64,000 nt of DNA from the NCBI GenBank assembly GCA_001949185.1, contig BDGG01000004.1, forward strand, positions 4,187,777-4,251,776, in the 5' to 3' direction. Below are positions 25,001-38,900 of the stretch, piece by piece (position 1 is the first letter of the stretch; every line of letters begins with the position of its first letter). Made by a program: the position numbers and the translations under genes. A model generated the notes under the pieces. That model did not search any database and was not told the origin of the DNA. It worked only from the letters and a program-made list of their open reading frames with translations. The DNA comes from Ramazzottius varieornatus (Eukaryota; Animalia; Tardigrada).

Positions 25001-27989
25001 TGTTCTATATTTCGCGATATTAATCTGGCGATGAGCATCTGATCGAGGGATGCGCCTTCTCCTTACATCCCCATAACGTCAACACCGAGTGTGTGCTCAG
25101 CCGGAATAATGGATGATATTCGCGCATGCAGATCGCGTGCATGTTTACCAGGACACAATTGTCGACACTTCAGTATTCCGCTAAGCAGGCCACAAAGAAC
25201 TTCTAGCCATTAACCACACTAGGCCAAATCCCAAGGCTGTCGTTCCTGTTCTTCAAAAAACGTTACACTACCCACTATCACTTCCGCATGAGACACACAA
25301 CTGTCGACTAGTCGAGAACGTCAACGGAGAAAGTTTGCCAAGATTATCAGTACAAGGAAAACTCCCCACCTGTCTTTGGCGTAGAAGGCAGTAAGACCTA
25401 ATCACAAAGGACGAAGCAACGTATGGTTTTCCGCTTGAGTTATCGGCATAACAGGCGCTGCTGGACATCGTTCAGACACCAAATGACCTCATCCCAGCAG
25501 GTACCCAGACATGCGAGATAGACTCTTCAGGCAATGTGGCAGAGCGAGGGCTCTTCTGCCACAGAAGAAGCGTCTCACATTCCACCTCTAATGAGCATCC
25601 CGATATGTCCGTATCCATACCAATTAACAATCTCGAAAATTAATCACGTTATCTAATGTCGATCAACTGCTCGTCATCATTAAAACGCTATATACTTCCT
25701 CATGCCTTTACGTCCTGTCACTTAATCGAATCTGTTCCAAACCGTTCCATGTGGCGCACGAATACAGGCTAAACAACAAGCAAAACCCGAATCTGGGTTT
25801 CGGCACCGCAGAAATCGCGTGAGATACAATGTATTTAACCCCTTACCCCTTTAAGTTCGTCGACGTGATCAAATACCAGACATTTATAACCGATACGGCA
25901 CAACGCAACACTTCATCGAACGCCCACAATCCAATCCATAAAGTAGTACAATAGGACAGATACCGGATCCTCCGATGATGGAGCGATGCTATAACATCGA
26001 GTGAAAGTGAGTCCATAGAAAAATCAAAGAGTGGTCGCTTGGGGCTTCAAATAAATTTTGAATTCACGCTGCCATATTGTAACAGCACTGACATATGCTT
26101 GAAAGAACGTCAATGTAGTCAGTCGTACTGTATAATACTAAACCAGACGCTCGAAGCTATACTAACTTAGCTGTTATCAAATATCCGTCGGATCACTCTC
26201 TTTGCACTTTCTTCAAGATCGTTCAAGAAGAAGAGGGAATAAATACGTTCGGTATCTCCGGAACAGGGTTAGCCAGATGGTTATTACTTCCGATCGGATC
26301 TTCCTCCGTAAGACCTTGTTGATAGCTGGGTCGCGAACGTCGAACGGACTCTTTCAAATAAATGGGTGGCAATTTATTCCACCCACAGTGACGTACGATC
26401 ACCTTCGCCGCGGTTAAGGCTAGCCATAAGATGCATAATCCTACAGCTGCTGACAGTGTACATGTCCCCTTTATTAGCTTAACGGATCAATCGACGTGTG
26501 TTTTGTCCGTATATTCATGAGGTAAAGCTTTCTTGAGAGAGCTCAGGAAGACATCCAAATTAGTTGTTAGGTGGGTGGACTGAAATCGGTCAAGAGCTTT
26601 CTCCAATCAAGCGCTCAATTGCGTTTTGACTGGCAATGGAGACCGCTAAGAAGAAGCTCATTATCCTTATCCATCCTTATCCAAGACTCTAATAAAGAGG
26701 CCATAAGCCTTGAGACGTGTCATCATTCTTCCCATAAGAAACTGTCGAGAAATACTCTGGAAAGAATCTTCCGTATTTTGAGGAAACCGCAGGTTCGCTA
26801 CGACCCACCACAACTCAACACTCTTTTTTCCTTTGTCTTATGTATAAACTCAATCATACCGACCATACAACGTTGAATCTAGGGCCTAAGAAACCGAAAC
26901 CCTGTAATTCCACGAATAATTTTGCCAGGCGAAATCATGTCTGCGGAACAGGCTGGACATCGGAAAGTGGTGGCGGCACTTTATCCCGAAGCCCAAGCTA
27001 AGCTTTTGTGGTAAGCTCAACGAGATACTGATGACGGCGTCGACCAACGACGGTCAGATCGGCTGGAGACTATTCATGGAAACTGGCAATGGAAACGCGT
27101 CACAGAGTGGTCAATGCAGGATAAGCGCGACATGGTCTCCCCGAAATCCAACCGAGCCAGACTGAATGATGCTCTGTTTACATCCCTCCATGTTTTCGCC
27201 TTTTCCGAGTTTACTTTGCCCATGTATTTTTCTTGCCTCGGCTGAGCAAAAGGTGTCACAAGTGCGGTTTAAGTGATCAGTTTGAACAGCCGTTTGAAAG
27301 AAGCCAGAAACCAGTTCCCGACTAAAAGATCCTTAAAGAAATCACCCTAAATTTGCTTTACACCTTCTTTCCGAAGTTTCAAACTTGCCTTCTTGTTTGC
27401 TTCTTCCGTTGACGTTTCGCCTTGAGAAAATAAACAGACAACGTTCTTTACTCAGTTCTCGCCAGAAAAAGCCTAGAAATACGTTTCCTGTTGAACCCTC
27501 AAACACAGCACACATTCTGATTAACCGGGGAATATCAAGTATTTTGGAATCACCGAGCTTAGAAAAATTAGTTATGAATCAATTATGCGTTGTATTCATT
27601 ATTGCTCCATCGGACAGTCAGTTTCACATTTTTAACCCCCATTAATCAACGGTCGTCACGTCGCGGAATAATTTTCAACTCAATTTCATATGCAACAGCT
27701 AATGCAAGCACCGCGCACTTGTTTAGTATTCTCTCAACATTCGATTGTCACTACTTCAATACGCCATGTAGGCGGATAATTTCAACGACAACGCCCAACA
27801 TACACACCGGTACACCACAAGAAACTTCCAGACGCCCTAATCATACCGTTCAAACAAAATCAGTCCCCGAGAACTTCACATACACAACAAGATACGGGCC
27901 GAGCCTGCATGCAACAACCGGCGAAGAACCCTGAACGCTTCTTCTCAAAGAACCTCTGACGCACTCAAACAAACCACGCTAGAACTTAC
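19055..27989 (-). other. Putative ~8.9-kb 5'UTR intron of the Fat-like gene
   Basis: Minus-strand acceptor (ttgcttatatcttgcag| at 19055) 128 nt upstream of the ATG, and a consensus donor GAG|GTAAGT at 27989. No recognisable coding sequence lies between them. Confidence 0.5.
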
Positions 27990-29133
27990 CTCGAAAGACG
28001 AGGATCTTTGCGGTCGCGGAGGATAGTCCAAAGGTGTCCACTAGCGTAGTCCCGGGTGGAGAGATGAAGGCTTTACCATGGTTTGTTGGTTTCACTACAG
28101 CTTCCTACGCATTCTGGAAGAGAAATGATGTCGAACCGGTGTTTTCGTCAGAGGACAGTCTCTACTAATGGATAGCAAATTCAACTGTTTCAGGTTAAAC
28201 GGAATAATGGCTGTTGTGAAGGTTGCTGTTCAGGAAAGCAAACACTAGCCAGCCATCATTACTGAGCTTGAACAGTACATGCGTGTATGGCATGTCCGTT
28301 TGCACAGTTTGATCAAGTAGGTTGGAAGGAGCAATGATGGAGGGGAAGGACCAGAAACGGTGACTGGACACATCATCGTCATTGCTTTTAATCCACTTAA
28401 CAACGTCTTCACCAAAGCCCATATCCTTAGCTCTGAAATGAAGCAGATTCATTTCAAGAGTTCAGTTGGTGAAGATCGATCAGGGGAAGCCGGACAGGAG
28501 CATGTGGAGCCGGAAAAAGCAGACGGAAGAATCCGGACATGTGTCGCGTAATCATTAGGCGGATTTGTAGTTGACATAATTTTCCATATTTCCAGCTCGC
28601 CATTCAGCCATTCCATTTGTAAACTTCGAGTCAATCGAGCGCTTGCACTAAATAGCCTTCCCTTCCTTTGACGTTTCGCCTTCCTCCCCCTCTATCGCTT
28701 TCCCCTCGACCATCACTGTAAATGTAAGGGGATGAAGATTAAGCTATGATGGCGTCGTCATCCATGCAATTTCCATCACGTTCTAATCGGACTCTATTAG
28801 GCTTTCGTTGTTGTAGTCCTCCCAAGAAATCGATTCCAGACGAAAGCTGGAAGCAGTCTTCTCGAGTCTGTCACTGCTCCTAACTTAAACATTCACTCGG
28901 ACTGCTCTTCCTTGCAGACTCCGAAGCTGTCCGCTGTTGCTGCAAAGGAGAAAGCAAGATGTGGCAGTCCTCGTGTATTCACATGTTACCGACTTACAGT
29001 AATTGGCTACAGCCTCGATCCGTAACGGGCCTGTAAGAAGAACACCAGGTATCTCCTGCGGCAGGTCGGAAACAAAGGAGTGACAGGATTGAGAGTTCTA
29101 AAAGTTGAACGAATAATCCAGACCTGATAGTTA

Positions 29134-29195
29134 TATCGATACCTTAGCGGAAACAGCGGTTACGTAAACACTGAAGCACCTGGCGCCATCTGGTG
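29134..29195. promoter_or_regulatory. DRE (TATCGATA, 29134-29141) and CTCF-like motif (GCGCCATCTGGTG, 29183-29195) in the Fat-like/HECTD1 divergent promoter region
   Basis: Motif matches only. The reverse complement CACCAGATGGCGC resembles the CTCF core consensus. Located between two divergently transcribed genes. Confidence 0.45.
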
Positions 29196-29218
29196 TGCTA
29201 ATGGGCAACGGTCCGAAC

Positions 29219-29311
29219 CACTGATGAGCTGCTGAACCTCCCATAGCCGAATTCATTGCTGAGTTGATTGACAATCAATTCGGCTATGGGCGGTTCAGCA
29301 GCACATCAGTG
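29219..29311. mobile_element. 93-bp fold-back MITE with 40-bp TIRs and 8-bp TSD (hAT-like)
   Basis: Arms 29219-29258 and 29272-29311 are reverse complements at 37/40 positions, with termini CACTGATG...CATCAGTG. Flanked by the exact direct repeat GTCCGAAC at 29211-29218 and 29312-29319. Confidence 0.78.
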
Positions 29312-29921
29312 GTCCGAACGGATTCAACGGACCGCTATCCTTTGAAGGCTTCCGTTCCGCAGGAGCTGCCTGTTATGGCCTGCCAATTTGGCTCTACAAT
29401 TGCAGTACGCGTTTACAAATTTACGATTATTTTACGTAATTGGAAAAACGTGTAAACTCTCTTCTTTGACCAGTGCGTAAATCGGGATAGGCTGTTGTGA
29501 TATTAGCATCTTATCCGGAGGAAGAGGATAACTGAATTGGGCTGGAGCGACATCACGCGGATCTGCTGCAGATAGCTCCGCGTGCTAGTTCGGAAGTAAG
29601 AGGGCAGCCTGCTGACATACAGTGTCAAGGGATCACTATCGATATTGTACATGGAACCCGATTGATCAGCATCTGTTTCCGTCGGAGACTCGGAGGAAAG
29701 CCAAAAGGTTGTCCAGGAAACTTTTTGTGGATAGGTCTGTGATACTGTTCGACTGCGTGGACCCTCCGCAGTGCATGAACTGGTGGAGAGGCCTGTATGC
29801 TGACTGATCCGAGCATCAAGAGATGCACTCCTGTACTCCATGATCTCTGTACTACCACTCACCTGTGTCTTTTCAGACTGGAGACTTTCTGTTCACGGAG
29901 GACTGACTGTGGGAATTCGCC

Positions 29922-32900
29922 ATGGCGGCCGTAGGAGACTACGGTGCTGATCCTGACGCTTTGTTAGAATGGCTGAGTTCGGGCAGCGAGGAGATGCGAG
30001 ACATGCAGACAATGGCGCTTGTACGTAGTTACACTGTTCCTCAATATTGAACTTCCTACGAGCCTTATGTCGATGTAGCGATGTGTGTAGAGGCTAGAAC
30101 AAGGATTTTCTGATACTTTTTGTTATGTAGGAACATCTGTGCATGGCGCTCCTGATGTCGGATAACGTCGATCGATGTTTTGAGACGTAAGTACACTGTG
30201 TCCTCAATGTACTTCCGTTTCACGCTTTACTTGAGACACTGATCACACTTTTCTAGTTCGTATGTGAACCGACTTGGACACGTTGCTGATTATCGTTTGT
30301 GAATGTGCAGGTATCCACCAAAAACATTCATCCCTCCATTGTGTATGATATTCCTTGACGCTACGGCTCCTGACGGCATCTTAGAGGCTACTGCTCGAGC
30401 GCTAACGTACTATCTCGATGTGTCAGCAGAATGCACCCGACGGATTATGAGCGTATGGTTCATTGATGTTCTTTACTCAGTTTATGCATATAGCAGTTGC
30501 CTATATTTCGGGTGTTATTAATCTTAATTGAAATAACTTTATTACAGGTGGAAGGAACGGTTCGTGCTATATGCAACCGCCTGATGATCGCTTCACTAGA
30601 TAGTCAAACCGGAAAAGATTTGGCCGAGCAGTGCATCAAGGTGACTCTCTTTGTTCGCTGTTCATTAGTCTTGATGCAGTCTCACGCGTGGTCTTTACTT
30701 GCCAACAGGTACTGGAGCACATCAGTAGTCGTGATGTGAGCTGTCTGTCGGAAGCTGGCGCGTTGAATTCTGTTTTAACGTTCATCGAGACCTATGGCAC
30801 ATCTTTGCATAAAGACGCACTACGCTCGGCCATGGGCATTGTAACACGGCTGTGTACCAAGATCGAACCTTCGGACGAAAGTGTAAGCGGCATCGTGGAA
30901 TCTCTCACGGCCCTACTCAAACACAGCGACGCTCAGGTAAATGACCTTAGCGATCAAGCGCGCAAATACAGAAAAATGAAAAGTGGGATTTGAGCCGACT
31001 AAGCTATTTTCCCGTTAGTCGAGTTATTTGTTGCAGGTGGCGGATAGTGCACTGAAGTGTTTCTCGGCATTAGCCGAAAGGTTTGCGCGCCGTAATGGTA
31101 ATGCTGAGATCCTCAGTCGGCATGGTTTGGTAGACGTACTTCTTCAGAGGCTTGAGAATGTCCCACGAACCTCGATGTCGCTGACTCGAGTGTCTACTTC
31201 CGCTTCGGAGAGCTTCTCTTCGGCTATAAGCGTTCTGTCACTCCTCCACAACCTAGTCCGCGAATCGGATGCCGTCTGCACGACACTGGCTAACTCGAGG
31301 AGCTTGTCGAAAGCAGCGCTGATCGTCCTCGAAAGCGATGACCGGTAAGACGCTCTTGCGTTTGCAACAATGGAAAATTCCGTACTGTGTTAGCACTGTT
31401 ATCCTCTTGTTCATCTGCAGGTGTATTTCGGAGTTGACGCGTCTGATGGAAGTGCTGCTGGTCGTTCTGCTGGACGGTCGGCACGCTCTTCCGAAATCCA
31501 TCAATTCTTCCGGCGAACGTGGTGGGTTCCGAAGATTCGAGAATGACAGGTCTAACCGACACCTTATCGAAGTCATCCGTAATCGTGATTTCGATGGGCT
31601 GGTGGATGCCGTGGAGAACGGGTCAGTCGACGTGAATCTGGTCGATGATGTGGGACAGTCACTGCTGAACTGGTACGAGGTCATAAAACAATCAGGAACA
31701 CAGCGGAGGTTTATATAACCGTCGCAGTCATTCGCAGTCGATGCATTTTCGTTGCAGGTGTGCTGCCTTCGGCACTCTCGAGATGGTCGAATTCTTGTGC
31801 GAACGCGGAGCTGATGTCAACAAAGGACAGCGCTCGTCATCACTCCACTACGCTGCTTGCTTTGGCCGAGTTGGAATACTGAAAATACTACTGCAGTATG
31901 GCGCAGACGCTTCGCTGAAAGACGAGGTTAGATTTTGACCCAGTTCGTATAATGGGACTTATGTGATGTTATATACAGAAACCAACTTGAGTTTTGGTTT
32001 AGGATGGTAAGACGGCGTTGGAGAAAGCCCAAGAGCGGAATGAGGAAGGACATTCAGAGATCGTGAAGCTTTTAACCGAGCCGCACAACTGGACAGCGCC
32101 TCCGCCCAAGTTCGTACGGAAGGAGCGTTTAGTCCTCAACACTGCTTCCGAGCAGAAAGGACTTGACGTGAGCAAAGGCACTGAGTTGGCTTTGAACATG
32201 TTACCCCTATTCATACAACTGGTCTCCACCACAATGAGCAGTACGGTTAGACGGTCCGCAGCAATGTTAGTACAGAAAATGGTGACGTGGATACCGGTGG
32301 AGAGGTTTAAGGTCTCGGGAGAGGACTTCCAGAACGCGATAGTTAAGATGCTGTCGGTGTTGATGAGTTCGGAAGACGATGCCAGTTTCGCGGTGGCATT
32401 AGATGTGGTGGATCTGCTAGCGACTAAGTTCGGGGTGGATTTTCTGAATAGTATGTACTGTGCGGGCATCGTTAGTCAGATTGGTGGGAAGGCGGCGGAA
32501 GAGAAGCAACGTTTGGCGGCGGAGACTGGAAGAAGTTCACCAAGCATCGACGTGGATAGCGTCAGAGTGCAGAAGTTTGGTGAATGGTATATCCTGAAAG
32601 GAAGTGTCAGCCTTTGCTTGTGGTCAGACTTCATCGTGATTGAATTGCCAAACTCGAGCTCGGGCTGGTTCCAGACGTTCATCAATGGAAAAGTGTCGAC
32701 TGTCCGAAGTGGAAAGGAGTCTAAAAATGCAGAGATCTCGTCTGAAGGTTAGTTTTACTCTTTACCCCATTTATTCTTGATGACGTTCCCATTCTGTCAG
32801 TACGAAGCGTGACTATCAGATTTTTCAAGTCGAAACCGCATGGTGAAGTTGCTTAAAGCCGTTTTTCTGAATTACGTCAAGAGAAGTCTGGGTTTCACAT

Positions 32901-35900
32901 GGTGACCAAACTAATACATCTTCGCATAGATAGTTTTGAAATCATATTACCGATAGAGATGAATGCTGACCTGTCGGGTGTTTAGGGTTGTATCTCGATA
33001 CAAAAAGCACCGAGCCGCAGTCCCAGAGCTTGAAAAAGCTCATGGAGACAGTCCAAGATCTACGCAACGACGAAACCTTTTCTTTCATGACGTTCATCGG
33101 GACGGAAGCCACGCGGTTCGGTGACTGGGTCTTCACCTGCATGGAGGGCCGGATCTTGCGGATCAACAACACTGAGTCCACGTCCGAAGTGCAGATCAGA
33201 CACAACCTAACGGATACCGTCGTGGTGAGCAAAGCTGGAGACAACTCGCGGTCGCTGGTGGCTCTGACGAAGGTGCTGAGTGGCTGCGGGCAGGAAGGTG
33301 GTCTAACGCTCGGCTCCACAGAAAGACACAAGGAACAAGCGGCCAAACGGCGGACTCAGAAGCTGGCCCTTCAACTGTACTCCAAGTACTTTGAGAACGC
33401 ACGACATAACCCACGACGCCCGCTTGGTCGCTTGATAGACGCCATCGCTCGACTGGAGGAATCGGTCGTCCAGCAGAAACAACAGCAAATTCAGGTGAGT
33501 CGAAAATCAAAATGATTATATCGTAACGTTGGAAAAATTGAAGATTTTGACAACCGGTAATTCTGCATTTCTTGAAATTCATTTACGAGTTTCCAAGGTT
33601 CAGAATACGTTTTTCATTTGACTGCAGCATCTGAGAGGAGAAAAGCAGTGGTTAGAAGAATTCAAGGGTGGTGTTCGTGACTTGATCATGGCGATTGGTG
33701 ACGGGAACATCCTGTCCGCTTACGAGATCCTCTCCACCGACCTTGTGAAAGTCCTGATAACGGTGTTCGGCGCGGACGATATGTCGCCTCACGACTCGTC
33801 GATGAGGTCACAAAGAATTGAATTGTGGAAGAGCATCTTCAAAGTTGAAGCTTCACGGTCGGGTGAGCAGCCAGCCTCGCAAATTCTGGTGAGGACCTTG
33901 GTGAAAATGCTGGAAGCCAGCGAGAAGTTGCCGGTGTATGTGGCGGATAGCACTGTTCCTGGTGGAGGTTTCCAGGCATTGACCCGATCGATCGTGCTAG
34001 AATTGGAAATGCGCGAGTCTTCGACGCAGCTGATGGACCGGTCAGGAAAGAAGATTAGGGTGGAACCGCTGGTGACTGTCCGTGAGATGGATGAATACTT
34101 GTGGAAGAAGTTGTTCAAGAAATGGCATGATCACGAACGGTCCCAGCTGAACTTTGTAAAGAGGCTCCGCGAGAATGATGCGCGACTGTCATTCTCCCAC
34201 CTGAATGATTTCGACGACAATGGAATCCTTCACTGGGTGGGAACCAACGGAAGGTGAGTGTTTTTCAGTTGAAGCTCTTATTTAGTTAGTATGTCAAGTC
34301 TGACCTTTTTCGTTATTCAGCACCCCGGGTGTAGAGTGGGTGAACCCAGTCTCCAGCGGACTCATGGCCATCACATCGTGTGATTCCAAACTGCTCCCTT
34401 GCGGATCGGTCTCTGACTTTGTGTCCCGATCACCCGTCCCGCTGTACGTCAGGACCGCTGACACGAAAGAGCCGTGGTTCGCTATTGATACCGGCCTCAT
34501 GATCGAACCCACGCACTACACTCTGCGTCATGGAAGGTAAGAGTTAATGACATGCCGTTATGCACTGCTGTGTCTGAACGAAAGATAGTGTCTGTATTCG
34601 GTACAGAGGAAGTGGAGCTCTTCGAAACTGGCTGTTCCAGGCTTCCAAAGATGCTGTCACGTGGCAGACGTTGCGGTCTCACAACAATGATAACTCATTG
34701 TCAGCTGTGGGCTCAACTTCCACATGGCAAGTCTCGGAAATATTAAGCAGCACACCTTGGAGATACTTCCGGCTACAAATGCTAGGCGAGAACTCTGAGT
34801 TCGAGACGTGCATGTGCATCAGTGGGTTCGAACTTTATGGTAAGAATTAGCTTAGTCTTCTTTTCATCCAGCTTCCAGTGAATTAAGCATATTGACGGTG
34901 CATGATTGTTTTATTCGTAGGTGTGGTGACGGGTGTTTGTGATGACGTTGGCAAAGCTTTTAAAGAGTCGCCCATGAAACGTTTCCGCGGTTCCGGTCGG
35001 GAGGTGAACGTCGACATGGGCCGCTTGGAGCCTCCTCTACAAAGCTCCAGCGCAACCAGCCGAGTAACTGGTAGTCGATCTGCAATTCAACACCGGGTGT
35101 CGAACTCGACTTTGAGTCTACCGGAAACTTCGGGATTCGGGTTACCGTTCGGAGGACATGTTGCTGAACAGGCGGTGTCAACAGGTCACTTACATCGTCC
35201 GATCGAGGTATACAGGTCTTTGGTATGGTTATATTGATATTACTGTAGTAGATGGGCAGAAAGCAGACAAACAATAAAAGTTTTGATTTTAATAGGCCCA
35301 GCCTACTGGAATACTGCGAGCAATGCCGACCTCCAACCTCTCCCGATTTGGTTCGGAAACTGGCCAGTTCTGGCAGGCGGCGTCGATGACCGAAAGAGAG
35401 GCGTCTGAAGAACCAGCTCCATCTGGTAGACTAAGCTCCTCCAGAGTATCAGAAGTGCGCGAAAATCTCCTTTTCCAATTAATGGCCCGGGCCGAGCTTT
35501 TATTTGATGGACTGCTTTTTTACATTAATAACCTGATCGTTATAGAGTAACGGAAGTGTATCGCATGACGCCGATCTTCCCATATCCAGTACATCCTCAG
35601 ACTTTGCCTCGACAAGCCAACTCACACATGACCTGTCTAGCCTTCAGAGCGAACAGAGCACACCTGTCGGCAGTACGCTGTCTCTTTCCGAGTCTGTGGA
35701 CTACAACACGGCTGCGCTGAACCAGTTGAGCCTCAGCGCTCCTAACTTAGCTTCGCACAGCAACTCTTCGGGCTCAGAGCCTAGCAGTCGCTTCAGCCAT
35801 CTGAGACTACTTGGTCGAGGCCTACGGACAGCTTTCTCAAACCTGCAGTCCTCCCGTCCGGAACCTACGTTGATGGTCCCAGAAGAATCGGAGAGCTCTA

Positions 35901-38900
35901 GCTCGCTCTCTGGAGCACAAAGCTTCCCAACGTTGACCCAACAGGAAGTCCTACTCGATCCTCTAAGGTTCGCACCGAACTCCCGAACCAGGGCGTTTCT
36001 CGCCGCTCTACGATCCATCGCCACTGACGTAAGGCTAAGAGGAAACATTGCAACTTTTTGTACTTTTCTTGATCGACCACTTTCCTTCGCAGGATACGCC
36101 ATCGAGCAGCAGCAACAACGTGCATTTGGATCTAAGGGAAGCTCTCGATTTGACCTTCCGAGATGACGACGCGGAAGGCAGGGAAAGTGACGCTTTCGTG
36201 ACTTTAGCCGACTTCGCCTACCGAACTCTTCAAGGAAGCCGGGCTAGCCGAGATAGCGAGATGACTGAAGAGGGGTCTTCCGAAGACGAGCCTCAGGAGC
36301 AGAATAGACATAAGAGCGCTGTGTGGAACGAAGATTACGTCTTGAAGAGACAGTTTTCGTCCTTGATCCCGAACTTTGACCCTCGTCCGGGACGCAACAA
36401 CGTCAGCCAGACGACGGAAATCGATGTCGAAACTCCAGGTATCATTACTTTTCTGTCAAGGTTTCATTGTTGATGGTCGTTAAGTGTTTTAATCCCCCAC
36501 GCACCAGCATACAGCCATACATTGGCATACGAAACTAGCATGGCCAGACATGTGCAGGTGTTGGAGGCTATACGAATTTTTGCCTAATTTCAACAGCTCC
36601 TAATGTTAACAGAATGATGATTTTCCCTTCGTTTAGCGCGAAGTGAACTGTCGAATCTTTTCGAGAACAGCAAGCGGAAAGACGAGCTGAAGGTTTCTTT
36701 GAGCCTCCGAATGTCTGGTACGAGCCAAGGTGAAGTATATCCACTGTCCCCTGACGAGAATCTCCTCAGCCTTATGCAAAGACTTTGGGTGGCGTGTGAT
36801 GTCGATCCGAAACAAGCTCGCTCCCGTAAAAACTGGGACTCTGCTATCTCGTACGTAACGTTTTCTTATTCCATTTATGGTGATAAGCTTTGTAGTCTAA
36901 CACATTGACGTTGGTAGGTTAGTCTATGGTGACAAGAACCTGCTATCTACTTCCGAATCCCGATCGTCCAACTCGTCGGCATCCGTCGTCTATCCATCGT
37001 GCAATCCTTCCAACCCAGAAGTCGTTGCTGACATCCTCCATCTGCTCAGAAATCTTGTCGATATCGCATCACCCCCGAAAATGGACTGTCCAGTAGCATC
37101 CGGAAATGGTAAGTTAGCGTTAACTACAGTATCGCAGTTGAATGGAAGCGTAACATGTAGACTCATTTGTTTTGGTATTGGTTAGATTCTCCAACGTCTT
37201 GCTTTGTCGCTGACCCCACGGACTTCCATTCTGCGAAGATCGCCAGCAAGATGCTGACCCACTTAAACAATTACGCGGCGGTCGCTGCCGACCCAACAGC
37301 CTTACCACCGTGGTGTGACTCGTTGATGGTTGACTACCCCTTCATCTTGCCCTACGAAACTCGCAGATCGTGTTTCGCGTCCACTGCATTTGGCTGCGAA
37401 AGGTTTGTACTTTAATATGACCAGAGATAACTCACAAACACTGGAGTAGTCTCAGAATGTTCGTGGAAATAAATACAACTTCGTTCAGAATAGTCTACAT
37501 TGGACATGAAAGTTAACGACAAAATATAAATTGGATGCGATGTGTAAACTGGGACGAAATGAAGTATATTTTTGACACATATTCTGGATATATGCTTTAG
37601 GACCATCGTGTGGTTGCAAAACCTTCGAGAACAACAGCAAGAAGGAAGTCGCAGCGGTAGGCTGGAAGCTCTGCTGCACAACTTCCGCCTTGGCCGCCTG
37701 CTGCACCTTCGCATTCGCAAGATCTCTCGGCATCACATCTTGGATTCAGCCATGGCGGCCTTGTTCCGTCATGCTCACTCTAAGAGTGTGCTCGAGGTGG
37801 AGTTCGAGAGTGAAGAGGGAACGGGACTCGGACCAACGCTGGAGTTCTTCTCCCTGATCGCGGCGGAACTTCAGCGGAAAGACTTGGCTATGTGGATCTG
37901 TGATGACCAACAGATTCCGTCCAGAACCGATATGGTAAAATAACACCCATTTCTTTTTATTTCAAATATTCCAGCAATTCGTTACATTATCGATAAAACT
38001 TCCGTTATTTTCTCAGGTGGATTTGGGTTCGGGTTGGAAATTTCCGGGCTTCTACGTCAGTTCAGCCGGAGGACTCTTTCCCGCGCCTTACCCACCGGAG
38101 CATCCCGGCCTAGCCCAGCTGAAGAATCTCTATCGTCTCCTCGGTATCTGCGTAGGAAAAGCCCTGATTGACGACCGACTTCTCGACCTCCCCCTCTCAC
38201 CGTCCTTCTTCAAAATGATCTGCACAGATGGGCGCCGTACCGTGCTCGATGGTTCCCACCACTCCCTGTCGGCCGCCGCGTCGGATCCCCTCTTCACCTC
38301 AGTGATGGATAACTCGTCCAAAAAAAATCGTCGTCAGCAACGCCGTAACAAGAAGACCAGCCTACGGGCCATCTACCGTCCGAGCACCGCACCGTGGTTC
38401 GGTGTGCTGGGTCTCGATCACCTAGAGCAGATCGACCCTCATCGTGGTCGATTCATCCGTGGTCTGCTGTCGTTGATCAAGAAACGACAGTTGATCACCG
38501 ATGATCTGATGCTGAACGAAGATCAGAAACGAGAGAAGCTAAGGACTTTGTCTTTTGAGTTCGCTAATGGCAATAGAACGGAATTCATCCGTCTTGACGA
38601 CCTCGGGTAAGGAAATCGAGTTCTCAGTTGTCTAATTGGTGGCTGATTAAATAATACATGTACACACCTCACTTTTCAGGTTGACTTTCGAGTTTAACCC
38701 GGCCTCCAAAGTATTCAACTATCTATCCTGTGATCTTATTGCGGAAGGTGATACCATACCGGTGACCATAGAAAACGTAGATCTATATGTGGACCTCACG
38801 CTGGACTTCTGTTTCAACTCGGGAATACGCGTTCAGATGGACGCATTCAGAGGTTAGTGGGGACTCTTCCCGCCAAGAGTTTCTAGTTTTCTTTGTTAAG

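Noticed and set aside
19300-27900. Many 60-120-aa ORFs in the large non-coding region
   Set aside because: No domain resemblance and no coherent exon chain; sizes are as expected by chance.
32801-32842. Possible 42-nt symmetric cassette exon in HECTD1 ([14 protein letters not shown])
   Set aside because: Frame-compatible, but the donor (GTGAAG) is weak and there is no homology support; needs RNA data.
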